Both the position numbers and the translations under genes were made by a program. The notes beneath the pieces were generated by a model. It searched no databases. It was not told where the DNA came from and was given only the letters and a program-made list of their open reading frames with translations. From contig JASCQW010000072.1 in assembly GCA_030264375.1 (NCBI GenBank), forward strand, positions 46,843,476 through 46,907,475: DNA of 64,000 nt, in the 5' to 3' direction. This document shows positions 12,170 through 25,124 of this stretch, piece after piece; the stretch's first letter is position 1; each line of letters begins with the position of its first letter. Source of the stretch: Carcharhinus longimanus. Lineage: Eukaryota.

Positions 12170-12686
12170 CTAGCGACTGAACCGTCGGGTGATCATGGCC
12201 TCCCTTGCCGCCCTCACATGCCTCATTTGGGCTGCCAGCCTTCCAGCACCTGGTTGGTGTTTCTCGGCATGCTCTTCCTCACCTTCCTCCTCCTCCTCTT
12301 CCTCCTCCTCCTGCTGGTCATCCTCCCTAGTGATGCCCAGCTGATCAGCCTCCACGTCCTCCTCCTCCAATAGGTCATCTCTCTGTAGAGCCAGATTGTG
12401 CAAGGCATAGTGCATGACCACAATGCAGGAACAGATCGGTCCAGGCACCAGAATCGCATTTTCAGGAGCCCAGTGCACCTCTTCACTATCGCACAGGCGG
12501 GTACATGGGCCTCATTATACCGGGTCTCCGCTTCAGACACAGGCCTCCGCACAGGTATCATCAGCCATGTCCAAAGTGGGTTACCCACATCACCCATGAG
12601 CCACCCCCACAGCCTGGGGTCCTCCTCAAATACCTCTGGGATGTCCGAGCTCCTGACAATGAAACTGTCGTGCACACTACCTGGAT
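12170..12686 (-). mobile_element. Harbinger (HARBI1-like DDE) transposase C-terminal half, frameshifted
   Basis: PGSVHDSFI, GWLMGDVGNPLWTWLMIP, RYNEAH, GLLKMRFWCLDRS, ALHNLAL, acidic tail, REAMITRRF. Confidence 0.93.
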
Positions 12687-14869
12687 GTTTTCTCTCTGCG
12701 AGAGCAAAGGATTCCAATACAAAATGACAAAACTAATTTCAATGCTTCTAACATCGGGAAAAGCTGAAAGCTTTGATGGGTCATTCGTCTTCAGTGGGTT
12801 GGAACAGAAATCAGAACCTACCTAACCAGCAGCAACAACTGGGAGACTTTGTGACCAGTCAGTCTAATCATCAAAAATTAAAAAGAAACCTGAATTTTTA
12901 AAAATCTGGGAGTTTGAGCCATAAATGGGTGCTGGAAATTCTACATTGTTAACTCTGACCACTTGTTCATTCAATTGCCAGTGATAATCTGCCAAAAGTG
13001 CTCATTGTCATGATGGCAAACATCGTAAGAGCCATTTTCTAAATGCACATGATTCTGCTGTATTGCTAAGTCCAGTAATTAGGTAGCAATTATTTTAATG
13101 TTTTGATTACTAATCGTACATCCATTGTGAAAGGTCATTTTAATCCCGGGGTACTGGTCAGGATGTGAACATTTGAAACACACTTGCTATCTTCTTATCT
13201 TGGCTCTATAAACAGCTTTTGAGATAACGTGTGAAAAGGTGAGCTTTTTGATATCCAAATACTGTAATTATTCTGTATGACCAGTTTTCAATCTGCTTCC
13301 TCTATTTATTTCTTTTGTGTAGCTGCAACGAACTATGTCCATTTGGCTAACGCATTACCTCCACAATCACACATGATAGTTACCCAAAACAATTTCCTTT
13401 AGCTTTGTGAGAACATGAGATAGTCATCAAGTTTATTTCCAAAGCTTTCAAAGCAGGAAGATATTTCAAGGTAGTAGCGGATAGCATTACAGGGGAGATT
13501 ATGAGCCCAGTTAATGTGAGACACATCGCAATTGGATCATACAGTTAGGCTAAGGAAACAGCATTTGAGAAGATTATATCGATTGAAAATATACCCCGTG
13601 GAAGATGTGCAAGGATTAATATTTATTAGCCAAGACTTTAGGTAGTGCAATCAAATATTTTCAAAAAAAACACATCAAGGTATGATTAGGAGCAGCTTAA
13701 CTTCATACAGCACATGGCAAAAAAGTTGTCTGTTTACCCATCATGTTTATAATCCTATTCATTTCTACAGGATAAGTAACTGATTTCAGAAAAATTAAAG
13801 TAGACTTGGCACAAACTAATTCAAATCTTCAAAGCAATCTTCTAACAATCCTATTTCGCTGGTTAGATGGTGAATCAGATATGTCTTACTAGTAAGGTAT
13901 TCCTGGTGATTTTTCGCACACTCTGCCCTTATCGCAATTTATTCCAGGTCCAGCTGCAGCAAATGATAACTGAATATATCATTGCACAGGTAGTTGATTA
14001 TTTATCTGTACCTAAGTAAAATAGTCCCTTAACTCCTTTGCTTTTGTCAGCTGGCTGTTATCAGGTATCAGTGGCAGAAATGTTTCCATTAAATGGTGCA
14101 GCAATAGTTCTCAGTTTCTTGTCACATTGGCTGAGGTGATTTAAGGGCACCATTTGGTCTTCGTTGCTGTTTCTGTTATCAATGGGATTTTAATTAATTC
14201 AGTTAACTGTCAAATGTAGATCCTCATGTAGGGATCAGATCCTGTTGTCTTGTAAGACACAATAATTCACGTAAGGACTAAAAAGAGCAACACAAGTTAC
14301 ATCAACTGAGTCACATCAGAGTTGAACTGTTATCTGTGTTTATNNNNNNATTTTAAAGTGCCAGAGAATCCATACCAGTTCCCATGCGTTGGGCATCCAC
14401 CTTCATCCATCCCTTAATTAACTGCCACCATTCAATGACGACATATACTGAACCCACCGTAGCAAATTCTTAATAACATAACATATGTACATCAGTTCCC
14501 ATTTTATTTTTGGCATAATTGCCATGTTATGCAAAAACATGACCTTTAATAACTGTACAATCTGTTCTGCAGTGATTCCAACATAATTACAAATTTGGAC
14601 CCTTCTTTGCCACAATTCAAGTTTCTGCATTTGTTCTACAATTAACTGAATTCATGTGCAAGATAATTCCAAAAATAACCAACAGCAGAACAGGTAACAA
14701 AATTACAGTATGCTAGTTGAAAAACCTTTTTTTCAGACAACTGCTGAACTTATTATTTTGTATCAAGGCAAGTTCTTTCCTTTAGAAGATTACAAGGAAC
14801 ACATGAGATCAAAACATTTGTAAGCCTTCCGGAATAAACTCAGATGGACCATTTCAATCTACCTTAGAG

Positions 14870-15890
14870 CTGTTTTGATTGCCTCCTCCTATGTTTCTTC
14901 TCATGTTCCTCCTCCACTTGCTCCTTAGCTGCTTGCTATATATTGGTGGCAAAACCATCTCCTTATGGTGGCGAGCTTGTGTGAAGCAGCAAGCAATTGA
15001 CACTTATTCTGCCAGGTACTGCAGGGCTACTCTAGTGTAGTCCAAATGTTGTGTAAGCTTCCCAGTGCTCTCTTCTACCACATTTTGTTTAGAAGTACCT
15101 CTTCTGTTGAATGCATGCTGCCCTCATAAACAAGGGTTCCACACTAGAGTCATGAGACAAAAGGATAACCCTTTTTACACAGCAACCCTTTGGTTGGTCA
15201 TGGGACCAAGATGCAGACTGCACCAGGATGACAATATCATGGAAGCTGCCAGGACACTAGGCATTGACCTACATGATTCCCTGCACATGGATAAACACCA
15301 GCTGGACCCTGAGGGAATGACATTCTATTGGGTTATGGCACATTACAGAATTGGCATGCAACATCTGCAATGTAGTCAATAGTATGGATCATAGGAGATC
15401 CATACTATTGACTATAATTGACTATATTGCTTGTAATTCTGCTGAAGCTGCTGTTCATTTCATCTACTTTCTTCTGGCAAAGCTCAGTGGAGTGCATTTA
15501 ACTCCCTGGGAATACAGAGGCTCAGGGACCTTCTTTATGTGAACTGGGAGATGTATCAAATGCTTCAGCCTGGAAGGAGTCTGATGGCTAAAAGTTCATG
15601 GATACACTTCACAGCCCTGGCAATGTGGTCGTTACTCTGCTCTGAGACTTCAATTGTATCTACAACAGGCGATAGATTTTAATGAGGACATCCTCACTGA
15701 AGCACAGGCATCTGAAATAGTTTTCCTCACTGATCTTCAGGAATCAGATGTGCTCCCTGAACACTATTGGTGGACGTGGTTTCCTGCTGAGATCCCTCTA
15801 CTTTTCCTCTCTCTCCCAGCAGCTTGCCCACTCTTACATGACCTCTGTCAGATCTCCGAGCCATGCAGTGTTCCAAGAAGAATGCAACCC
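14870..15890 (-). mobile_element. Nearly full-length, heavily decayed Harbinger transposase
   Basis: Hand translation of the minus strand: RKPRPPIVFREHI*FLKISEE, QSRVTTTLP, HSLRVQLV, CPGSFHD, KGYP, NVVEESTGKL, ALQY; many stops and frameshifts. Confidence 0.8.
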
Positions 15891-16013
15891 AGTGCAGCAT
15901 ATCTGCATCAACGCACAATCCTTGTGCACAATCTTTGATCCTTCAACATGTAAAATGCCATTTCCTGACCACTTGAGCAATTTCAAACAAGTCTGGAAAC
16001 CTCCAAATACATA

Positions 16014-16140
16014 GGGGCAAATTTTCCCATTCCACCAGCGACGGCAATCAGAGCAAATGAAGGGCGGACCACGGTAAGGTCCGTTGACCTCGGGCAGGAC
16101 TTTCCGGTTTTGGGGCGAGTGTGGCTGAAAAATCCTGTCC
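16014..16140. mobile_element. Harbinger-type MITE, 3-bp TSD ATA
   Basis: Imperfect TIRs GGGGCAAATTTT / AAAATCCTGTCC flanked by ATA (16011-16013, 16141-16143). Confidence 0.7.
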
Positions 16141-17002
16141 ATAAACATTCTCAGCAAGAACCAATAGAAATTAATTAGCAGCTAACCTGAAAGCATTTGA
16201 TGATCACTTTCAAGTTATTGTGGTGGTGGCTGACTTTCTGCTGCTGAACGTGTGCTCAATGATGCATGATTAAGAGTCAGCATTAGCTGACGGAACTAGT
16301 GCCAAATTATTGTTACAAACTGATTGGAATTATCTATTCTATGATTCCATGGTCTGCCTACTCCACTTAGTTCTGGCCGACTTTCTCATGTACACTGATA
16401 CCCTCATCAAAACAGCATCTGGGACATGAGATGTCTGCCTTCATGACTTGTATACCATTTTGATGGAAAAGTGCTGCAAGACTGAACGTTAAAGGGCTGA
16501 ATTTTATGGCTGCAGTTTATCCAATATGCATGGCAAGATAAAACTAAAATGGCTCAATACAATTTGTGTATCAAAGAATCTGTTCCAACTGTTGAATAAG
16601 ATGAATTTCATTGAGACATCCGTGACAATATTGCTGTCATTGACAAGCCTTCTTTGAGTAAGTGCGAAAAGACCCAATCTGAACACCTAAATATATAATA
16701 GGTGAGACACACAAGTTGAAAGAAAAAGTGAAGCTTAATATCTTCTGTCTCACACCAGCCATGTGAGATTGCTAACATCAAAATTTTCCATCCTTGCTGG
16801 CAGCTAGGATTCCATGGTACCACTGAAAGTGAACGGAACTTTGGCTGGAACGTCAAATTCTCCATTCTCAGTTACAATGAGATGGACAAGGATAAGAAAA
16901 TCCTTGAGTCTAAAACAAAAGCAATGTTTTGTTGTTCCTTTGTTGATTCGATAGTGTTTTGAAACTGTCCAAATTATTTTATGCCTGATCTTTACAATAA
17001 AA

Positions 17003-17312
17003 GCGACACAATTGCACAGTGGTTATCGCTGCTACCTCACAGCGCCAGAGACCCGGGTTTGATTCCTGACTTGGGTCACTGCGTGTGTGGAGCTTGCACC
17101 TTCTCCCCACATCTTCGTGGGTTTCCTCCGGGTGCTCTGGTTTCCTTCCGCAATCCAAAGATGTATGAGTTAGGTGGATTGGATTGTCCATTTATGTCAG
17201 GGTATTAGCAGGGTAAATATATTGGATTATAGGGATAGGGCCTGGCTGGGATTATTGTCAGCACAGGCTCGAAGGGCTGAATGGCCTTCTTCTGCACTGT
17301 AGGAATTCTATG
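17003..17312 (+). mobile_element. HE1-type SINE
   Basis: A/B boxes, V-domain, CR1-like tail. Confidence 0.9.
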
Positions 17313-17738
17313 AAAAATAGTGGAAAATTCTATAATGGACTGGAACCAAGTCCCAAAGGTCAAAATTCCACATCAAGACTTTTTTTTTGTTGAAAACTTA
17401 AGTTTCCTGTCAATTTTTAAATGCCCTTAAAACCAACTAATGTTTGACAATAAGAGCATGACTGACAATGAAATAGATTGCTTTGCAAAACTATATTTGC
17501 ACCAGAAACATTACAGAATCCTCTGTACATTGCTGCTAGAAGATANNNNNNATATTCATACACTGGAAGTTCAATTTCATGGTTTCAAAAGATGAAAAAA
17601 CCTTCTCCAGTACTGTATTTTGATACAAATAGAGTATTTCAAAATAATTCCGGACCTACAATGTTGACAAACTGAAGTACACTGAGGCACTAAGGCAAAG
17701 CAGATATCTGAATACTGGCATCAGGCACAGTTAACGAT

Positions 17739-17824
17739 CACACACATTCATACACACATGCTCTTTCACACACACATGCTATGTCACACACATGCTGTTA
17801 ATCACACGTGCTCTCACACACGCC
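17739..17824. repeat. Degenerate (CA)-rich repeat with CACACATGCT units
   Basis: Visible in the sequence. Confidence 0.7.
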
Positions 17825-18644
17825 TGTTTTCTGCAACACTTGATTTGCAGACTGAACAGTTTTTTGAGTTTCACAGTGAGAGCAGATGTTTAATTTGCAA
17901 CACCGTTGGAATTAAATCCCTTTTGGATAAGTACATCACAAGACTTCTGCTATTCTCAGGTTCTGTTTCATCATTTCCTGTCAAAATAAATCTTGCGTGA
18001 TTTTGAATTCCCTTGCCAAGACCTCTTTTTTTCAATAGTCAGTTGATACAATGATTTATTAGGGATTTACAAGCACCTCTGCAAGAAGATTTGTCAGTTT
18101 TTATTCCCTCATGACCAAACATATTTTTGAATGTATAAAAATATTAACATCTATCACAAGAGCATCAAAATGTCAAATGAAGAAAAGGGTAATTGAAAAG
18201 TCGCAATACTCTAATGCACTGGCTGGCAAATTATTGCAAAAATCTAATCACACATCTTCCTGATAGCCATTTTTCATTTTAATTTCACTTATTTCTACTT
18301 ATGTCATTTGACAGCTGATTGACTTTGAATGAATATACTATGAGTATCTCATTTTCTATTCATCACACTTAGAGAAGGTACCTGCTGCCCTCAGCTATTA
18401 ACCAGCTTATCACTGGGCAAGTGAATCTTCAATCATCACACAAAGTGCTTTCCCTCTTTCTTGTCTGGATCAGACATGTTGCTTGTTGCCAACAGCTACC
18501 TAATGTAAAGTTCTTTTGTCGTGGGAAATGATGACAGTGGCGACGCCAACATCAACATAAAAACCAACAGTGGAAGGATGAAGGAATGAAATTTGGCTTT
18601 CCTGGTTTTGGACAGTGGGGATGGAATTTTACCACACGTCTGAA

Positions 18645-19290
18645 CATAAGATCATAAGAAATAGGAGCAGGAGTAGGCCATCTAGCCCTTCGAGCCTGCC
18701 CCGCCATTCAATAAGATCNNNNNNNNNNNNNNNNNNNNNNNNNNNNNNNNNNNNNNNNNNNNNNNNNNNNNNNNNNNNNNNNNNNNNNNNNNNNNNNNNN
18801 NNNNNNNNNNNNNNNNNNCAAATTTCGACACCCTACACTCAGCCCCCTCCTCCAGATCATCTATATAAATGGTAAATAGCTGAGGCCCCAGCACTCCACT
18901 AGTCACCAACCACCAATCAGAATAGCACCCATTGATACCAACTCTCTGCCTCGTATTAGACAACCAATCCTCTATCCACGCTAACACCTTACCCCCAACT
19001 CCATGCACTCTAATTTTCTGTAGCAACCTTTTGTGAGGCACCTTATCAAACGCCTTTTGAAAATCTAAAAACACCACATCTACCGGTTCCCCTCTGTCTA
19101 CCGCACTAGTCACATAAGAACATAAGAACATAAGAAATAGGAGCAGGAGTAGGCCATCTGGCCCTTCGAGCCTGCCCCGCACATCCTCATAGAAATCCAA
19201 TAAATTTGTCAAACACAACTTCGCCCTAACGAATCCATGCTGCATCTGCTCTATCAAACCATTCTTTTCTAGGTGCCTCGCTGTTTCTTC
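18645..19290 (-). mobile_element. CR1 LINE RT fragment plus tail, gapped, with a nested 69-bp tail insertion
   Basis: QHGFVR, CLTNLLDFYE, DVVFLDFQKAFDKVPH, VLGPQLFTIYIDDL. Confidence 0.95.
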
Positions 19291-19699
19291 TTTGATGACG
19301 GATTCTAGTCTGCCCAAGGTTCATATGATCCCTCCCAAGGCCAATGGAGAATGCCGCTCTGCGAGCCTCTCCCACCCCCAGAATCGGGGTGTACGTGCCG
19401 GTAAAATTCCGCTCTGGATTTGTGATTCACAATCTTCCCCCACCAGTTTTATTGAAGATGGGCAGCATGTAAGTTTGATGCCGTCACCTTTTACCATGAT
19501 TGTAATGTGGGACCAAGGAGTTTACCTGTTGATGCCTACCTCTGCACTCAGCATGGGGCTGGACAATATTGTGACGGACAGCATTCTGCTCTTAACAGCA
19601 GTCTATTTTTCTTAAAGAGAAGCTGTACTGAATAATATTGCTGCAATTTAAAACATAAAAAAAAGAACCACAGGACAGAAAGATGGTTTCAAGGTAGTG

Positions 19700-19840
19700 G
19701 GTACAGAACTAATAATCTCAGTCATGGATGTTGGCAGGAAGAGAGATGTTATTGTTCTGTGGTGCCCCAGGATGGCCTCAACACTACCATCATTATGGAG
19801 CAAGCTGCAGGTGGCCAAGGAGGTTAATTCCCATCGTCTG
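19700..19840 (+). pseudogene. Decayed Harbinger Myb/SANT domain relic
   Basis: ELIISVMDVGRKRDVIV...LQVAKEVNS resembles the copies at 22815 and 43344. Confidence 0.5.
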
Positions 19841-21959
19841 GATGATGGCAGCGCAGACCACAGAGAGTCCATAATAACTACAGCCAGGGGGTCAAAGTTA
19901 ATGATTACATCTTCATGTGACATTCCCTACCCACCACTCCATGAACCCCTCACACTACACAATGTACCACACCACTCGATAATAGTTCCAGCTATCAGGA
20001 TATGTAATGTCCTAACTATGTTAGAGGCTCTGTGGTTCAAACAAAAAGATGTGGTTTGCAAACATAGATACAAAGTAACAACAACAGCTTCATTGATGGA
20101 CCTGTTGCCCGTGCAATGGACAAACTGAAACTAAAAGCAGGAAACATCCCATTGACATCATCACTATATCATGTGACCTTCTCTGAAAGCAATCGTGCAA
20201 CCACTTAAATGTGTAACATCCTTCTCCTTTGCTTCAGTGGTCATGACAACAAATTACTATGATATATATGTAGGATCAATAATACTCACAGTACTATGCA
20301 CCATTAATCGTTATACACAGTCAATAAGAAAGTCAATCAGGAGGATATCTATTCCTCTTTCGTTATATATATTTGGCTGTTCTTGAAATATAATTTGGAC
20401 CTTCAGTAGGCACTTCTTTTGGAACTAATTCTGGATCATTCTCATGTGGTATAGTTGCTAAGACATAACCGTCAGATTCAACTAAGTCTTATGCTGTAAT
20501 ATTCACAACACCAGGAACTAGAAGTTGGCACTTCTGGAGATGATTCTGAGAAATCATTTCAAGATGACAACAATTCGTCAGCATGGCATAGTCAAACTAG
20601 TTCATTTTCGGTTTGCACTGTGTAAGAGATTGGACCTGTTTTTGCTAAAACTAGCCGATACCATTTCTCACTCATGGCATAATTACTTGCTAACATTCAA
20701 TCTCCTTGTTGAGATGAGTTGTTTTGCCCTCATCTCTCGTCTAGCAACTTGAGATTGTTGTTGATGGCACACCATCGCTGAAATTTCTGGAGGTAACAAC
20801 AAATCAACACATCTCCAGGGGGATGTGAGACTCATGTAGCGCCACCAGAAACCAACTTCGTATCCGAGCAAGGTATTCTAAGCTTGGCCTGACCAGTACA
20901 ATTTATAGCCTTAGCATAACTCCTACCGACTTATATTTAATTATTCTGATTATATGTCCCTGTGCTTTATTTAAATCCTTGGTCGGTTCCCACTATTCTC
21001 CCGAAATGTGTGATTTGGGATAGAAATCTGGTTGCTGCAGACAGAGGGCAAATTCAACATTTCACCCTTGCAATTTTATCACTAATTGAGCAAAATTCTT
21101 ATCAAAAAGCTCATTTATTCTCAATCGTTATTTTGTATCACCAAACCCAAACAAAATCTTTAAATCAATTTGTATTTAATAGTCATTGCGTGTCTTATTA
21201 GGGATAAGATTGCTCATCAGTTTATTCTTTTATTGAAGTGAGCACAGTTGTGTGTGACAATGGGAGATGATTAAGATGTGAATGACTGCTCGGTGCAGAA
21301 GTAATTACTTTTATAATGTTATATAATTCCCATCCCCCTTTCCAATTCAATTTTTCAGCAAGTTTCAAATCCATTCCTGTTTGCTGGTCAGACTACCACT
21401 GTTCACTTCTTTAGTTCACCTGGGTAGTCATGACAACATCTTGGCAATCAACTGTGGGTAATTTTGTTGGTGATAAAGATTCCCTGTGTGAAATATATTT
21501 ACATTTGGAAATTTGCAGGGATTACAGCATGTGGGGCTGAATAGCCCCCAAAAATGGGTGCAGGGATCGTGATGCATGATTAGCCTGCACCCTTGCAAGG
21601 CAATAGTCAAACTTCATGTCATCTGCAATTTAAATGATGGTGACCTGCAGTCCAGTTTTCAACTCTGTTGAGTGGCAAGANNNNNNNNNNNNNNNNNNNN
21701 NNNNNNNNNNNNNNNNNNNNNNNNNNNNNNNNNNNNNNNNNNNNNNNNNNNNNNNNNNNNNNNNNNNNNNNNNNNNNNNNAGGATTGAAGGTTATAGGTA
21801 AACCTCGTAGGTAGCGATATGATTGGTGCAACTTGTGGGCCGAAGGGCCTGTTTATGCTGTATTTTTTCTATGTTCTAAAATCATCTTTAGATAACAGAC
21901 ACTATTACATATATTTAATAATTCATTAGAAAAAGTAGTGCCAGAGAGTTGGTAGAGAG

Positions 21960-22445
21960 TTATCATTACATCTATATTTAAGAACGGACATGGACCAAGC
22001 TGAGGAAATTATATGCCAGTCAGATTAGCATCGCCAGTAGTGAAAATAATAGAATTCCCACTGAAGGAGAAAATAGAAAAACATCTAGAAACCAAAAACA
22101 TCATGAATAGACAACATGAATTTCAAAAGAAAAAGGCTTGCTTGGTAAACTTCATTGAATTCTTTCAAGGACATCAGAGAGAGTAGACAAGTGTAATATA
22201 GTAGATGTAATTTATCTAGATTTCCAAAAGGCCTGTGGTAAAATTCCACATAATAGTCTGATGAATAAGGTCAGAGCAAGCAGATCCAGGGAATGAGTGA
22301 AAGAATGAATACCCTGCTGACTTACCAAAAAACAAAGCAAAGGGCAAGAGTGCTTTTCAGAGGACAGAATGTGGAATGTGAGGCCTCAAAGGATCAATGC
22401 TAGTACAATGTTTGTTCCTAATTTATATTAATGATCTAGGAGACA
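21960..22445 (+). mobile_element. Old CR1 RT fragment
   Basis: QHEFQKK, CLVNFIEFF, DVIYLDFQKA, IYINDL. Confidence 0.8.
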
Positions 22446-22814
22446 AAATCCTATTGCACCCAAAAATAGGTATAGAGACTAAAATACATAATTAACCTTT
22501 GCCTGTTGATTTTGATGCAGGTGGCACACTTACCTTGTGCTGCCTGCTAATGAGCATGATGGCTGCGTGGATCCTGAACAAGCAGGTCAATTGATTGGTT
22601 TCAACAGAAAGCCCAAATTGTGTCTGGCTAACACCAGTTAAAACCTGCACTACTTAAAGCCAACCTGCACTTTTCAAAGGGATGTGCATTGTGGATGGAC
22701 CACTTACTGCAAGCCATTCCATTACTGGTTACAAGTATAAAGTTTATTTATTAGTCACAAGTAAAGTTTCTATTAACAATGCAATGAAGTTACTGTGAAA
22801 TTTTGATGTGAAAA

Positions 22815-23459
22815 ATGATAGCACAGCATGGGAGAGCACAGACTCCAAGTTTTTCCTGTCTGGGGGCATTGGTTCAGGAGGTGGAGATGAAGAGAGGTGT
22901 GCTGTATTCCACAGGGTATCAACGGGGTCTGCAGACAAACAGAAGGCATTAGGAGCAGATAGGACTCCCTCCATGATCATCCTCAACACCGGTGCCCACA
23001 AGGCTGCATCCTCAGACCCTTACTATACTCCTTATACACCTACGACTGTCTGGCCAAATTTTTCTCTAACCCAATTTTCAAGTTGGTTGATGACACCGCT
23101 ATATTGGGTTGGATCTTTGACAATGATGAGACAGAGTACAGGAATGAGGCAAAGAATCTGGTGAACTGGTGCAATGATAACAATCTCTCCCTCAATGTCA
23201 ACAAAACGAAAGAGATAGTCATTGACTTCAGGACATGCCCCTGTCTTCATCAATGGGGATGAAGTGGAAATGAAGAGCTTCAAGTTTCTAGGTGTCCAGA
23301 TCACAACAACCTTTCCTGGTCCCTCGATGCTGATGCTATAATTAGGAAAGCCAATCATAACCTCTAGGTTCTCAGAAGACTAAGGAAATTTCATTACAAC
23401 TCTCACCAACTTGGATGCAAAATTGTAAGAAATTCAATGACCTCATAGGAATCATCAAG
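22815..23459 (+). pseudogene. Harbinger Myb/SANT partner gene exon 1, interrupted by Rex1
   Basis: MIAQHGRAQTPSFSCLGALVQEVEMKRGVLYS...RRH*EQI; after the Rex1 insert, WMQ..CKKFNDLIGIIK then donor GTCAGT; NAIF1/MSANTD-like pattern. Confidence 0.8.
22965..23410 (+). mobile_element. Rex1/Babar RT fragment
   Basis: LNTGA, DDT, NLVNWCNDNNLSLNVNKTKEIVIDFR. Confidence 0.88.
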
Positions 23460-23914
23460 GTCAGTGAAATAATCTTCAAATGTTATATCCTTGTAATAGA
23501 ACCATTAATCGTACAGGCTGCTTAATGTATCACACCCCCTTCACTCACATACTAAATATCTTTATTAAGCATAATTTATTCCTCACTTTCATGGCTTAAC
23601 CTTCCCTTCACACATTTAGACCTGAATTTTCAGGATGTCCGCTTCCTGCTTTAGACACTTGGATGCTGTATCAAAATATCTGAGAGCTCACTTGACTGCC
23701 ACATTGTGCCATCTTTACTTTTACCGAAGACCCCCTTCGATGACTGGCACCACCTTTTACAGCCAGAATGCACCTGCCCTTTAAGAGAAGCAAGCTGGCT
23801 TTAAGTGGTGTGGGACTTGCATGAACTTGAGCATCTTGCCACTCAACAGAGTTGAAAACTGGACTGCAGGTCACCATCATTTAAATTGCAGATGACATGA
23901 AGTTTGACTAAAAT

Positions 23915-24225
23915 CAATGTTTTATACAAATTTAACATAGCTTTCTTTTGTACTCAATGCTCTAATAGTAAAGCCTTGGATGTGTATGCCTTAGCTACTC
24001 TCTCAATCTCTCCTGCCATCTTCAGTGTCTTATACCCATATTGCAATGCTCTCCCTTCCTCCTTTCCAACCTTTCTTGAACATCTTGTATCCAGCCATAT
24101 TTCATACCCAGTCTTGCCCTTTCAGCTTAGGTCTCTCTTATAGCCATAAGATCATATTTCCACGTGGATATCTGAACCTGCATCTCACCTATTATATTTA
24201 TCATACTGTAGGCATTCATTTTCTT
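23915..24225 (-). mobile_element. Internally deleted CR1 ORF2 (APE N-terminus joined to RT C-terminus)
   Basis: MNAYSMINIIGEMQVQISTWKYDLMAIRET...GYKMFKK, then MLNLYKTL. Confidence 0.65.
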
Positions 24226-24594
24226 TCTTCACCAAATATTTTTAAATTAATACGTCATTTAAAAAAAAAATTGGTCGGAGTTCTCTGGTCTTGTACCCCC
24301 TACCACCTCTGCCAGCAAGCAAGCAGAATTTAGCGCTCAGCTAAATCTCCATTTTCTGGCAACGGGCCAGAAAATCCCACAGGCTTGAATGGCTGGAAAG
24401 TTCCACCCAGCATTTCCCCAAACTCAAGTACACACAATAGAGAATAATCAACAACTTTTTTTTGATTCATTCAAGGAACTTGGGCATCACTGGTTAGGGC
24501 AGCATTTATTGTCCTTCCCTTTGAGAAGGAGGCGGTGAGGTGCCTCCTTGAACTGCTGCTGTCCATGCGGTGTAAGTACATCCACAGTGCTGTT

Positions 24595-24860
24595 AGGTTT
24601 ATTTAATAGTGTCACAACTAGGCCTACTTTAACAGTGCAATGAAGTTTCTGTGAAAATCCCCTCATTGCCATACTCCAGCGCCTGTTCGGGTACACTGAG
24701 GGAGAATTTAGCATGGCCAATGCACCTAACCAACACATCTTTCAGACTGTGGGAGGAAACCAGAACAGCCAGAAGAAACCATGCAGATACAATGAGAATG
24801 TGCAGATTCCACACAAACCTGTGTTCCTGGTGCTGTGTGGTAGCAGTGCTAGCCATTGTG
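24595..24860 (-). mobile_element. SINE with Rex1-like tail
   Basis: Matches 34175-34460 in reverse. Confidence 0.85.
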
Positions 24861-25124
24861 CAGTTCCAAGAACTTTGACCTGATTCACTGATGCCATGAT
24901 ATGCTTCCTCTGCATACTTCTGCATTAAGCTCCTGATCTCTCATGCCTTTAGCAAGGTAGTGTTTCAGCACAGCTGTTCTAGAAGTATTTACAAACAGCT
25001 CTTTGGTACCAAAACAGCAGATGTAGTGATGAAACCGCAAGTGCTGCAGAATCCCACCTGGGACATTAATTTGTAAGGAAACGTGCAGTAAATAAAATAG
25101 AACAGAAGATACATGGAGAAATGC

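Noticed and set aside
12170-12717. Host HARBI1 gene
   Set aside because: 5'-truncated and frameshifted, with several other decayed homologues nearby; a transposon relic
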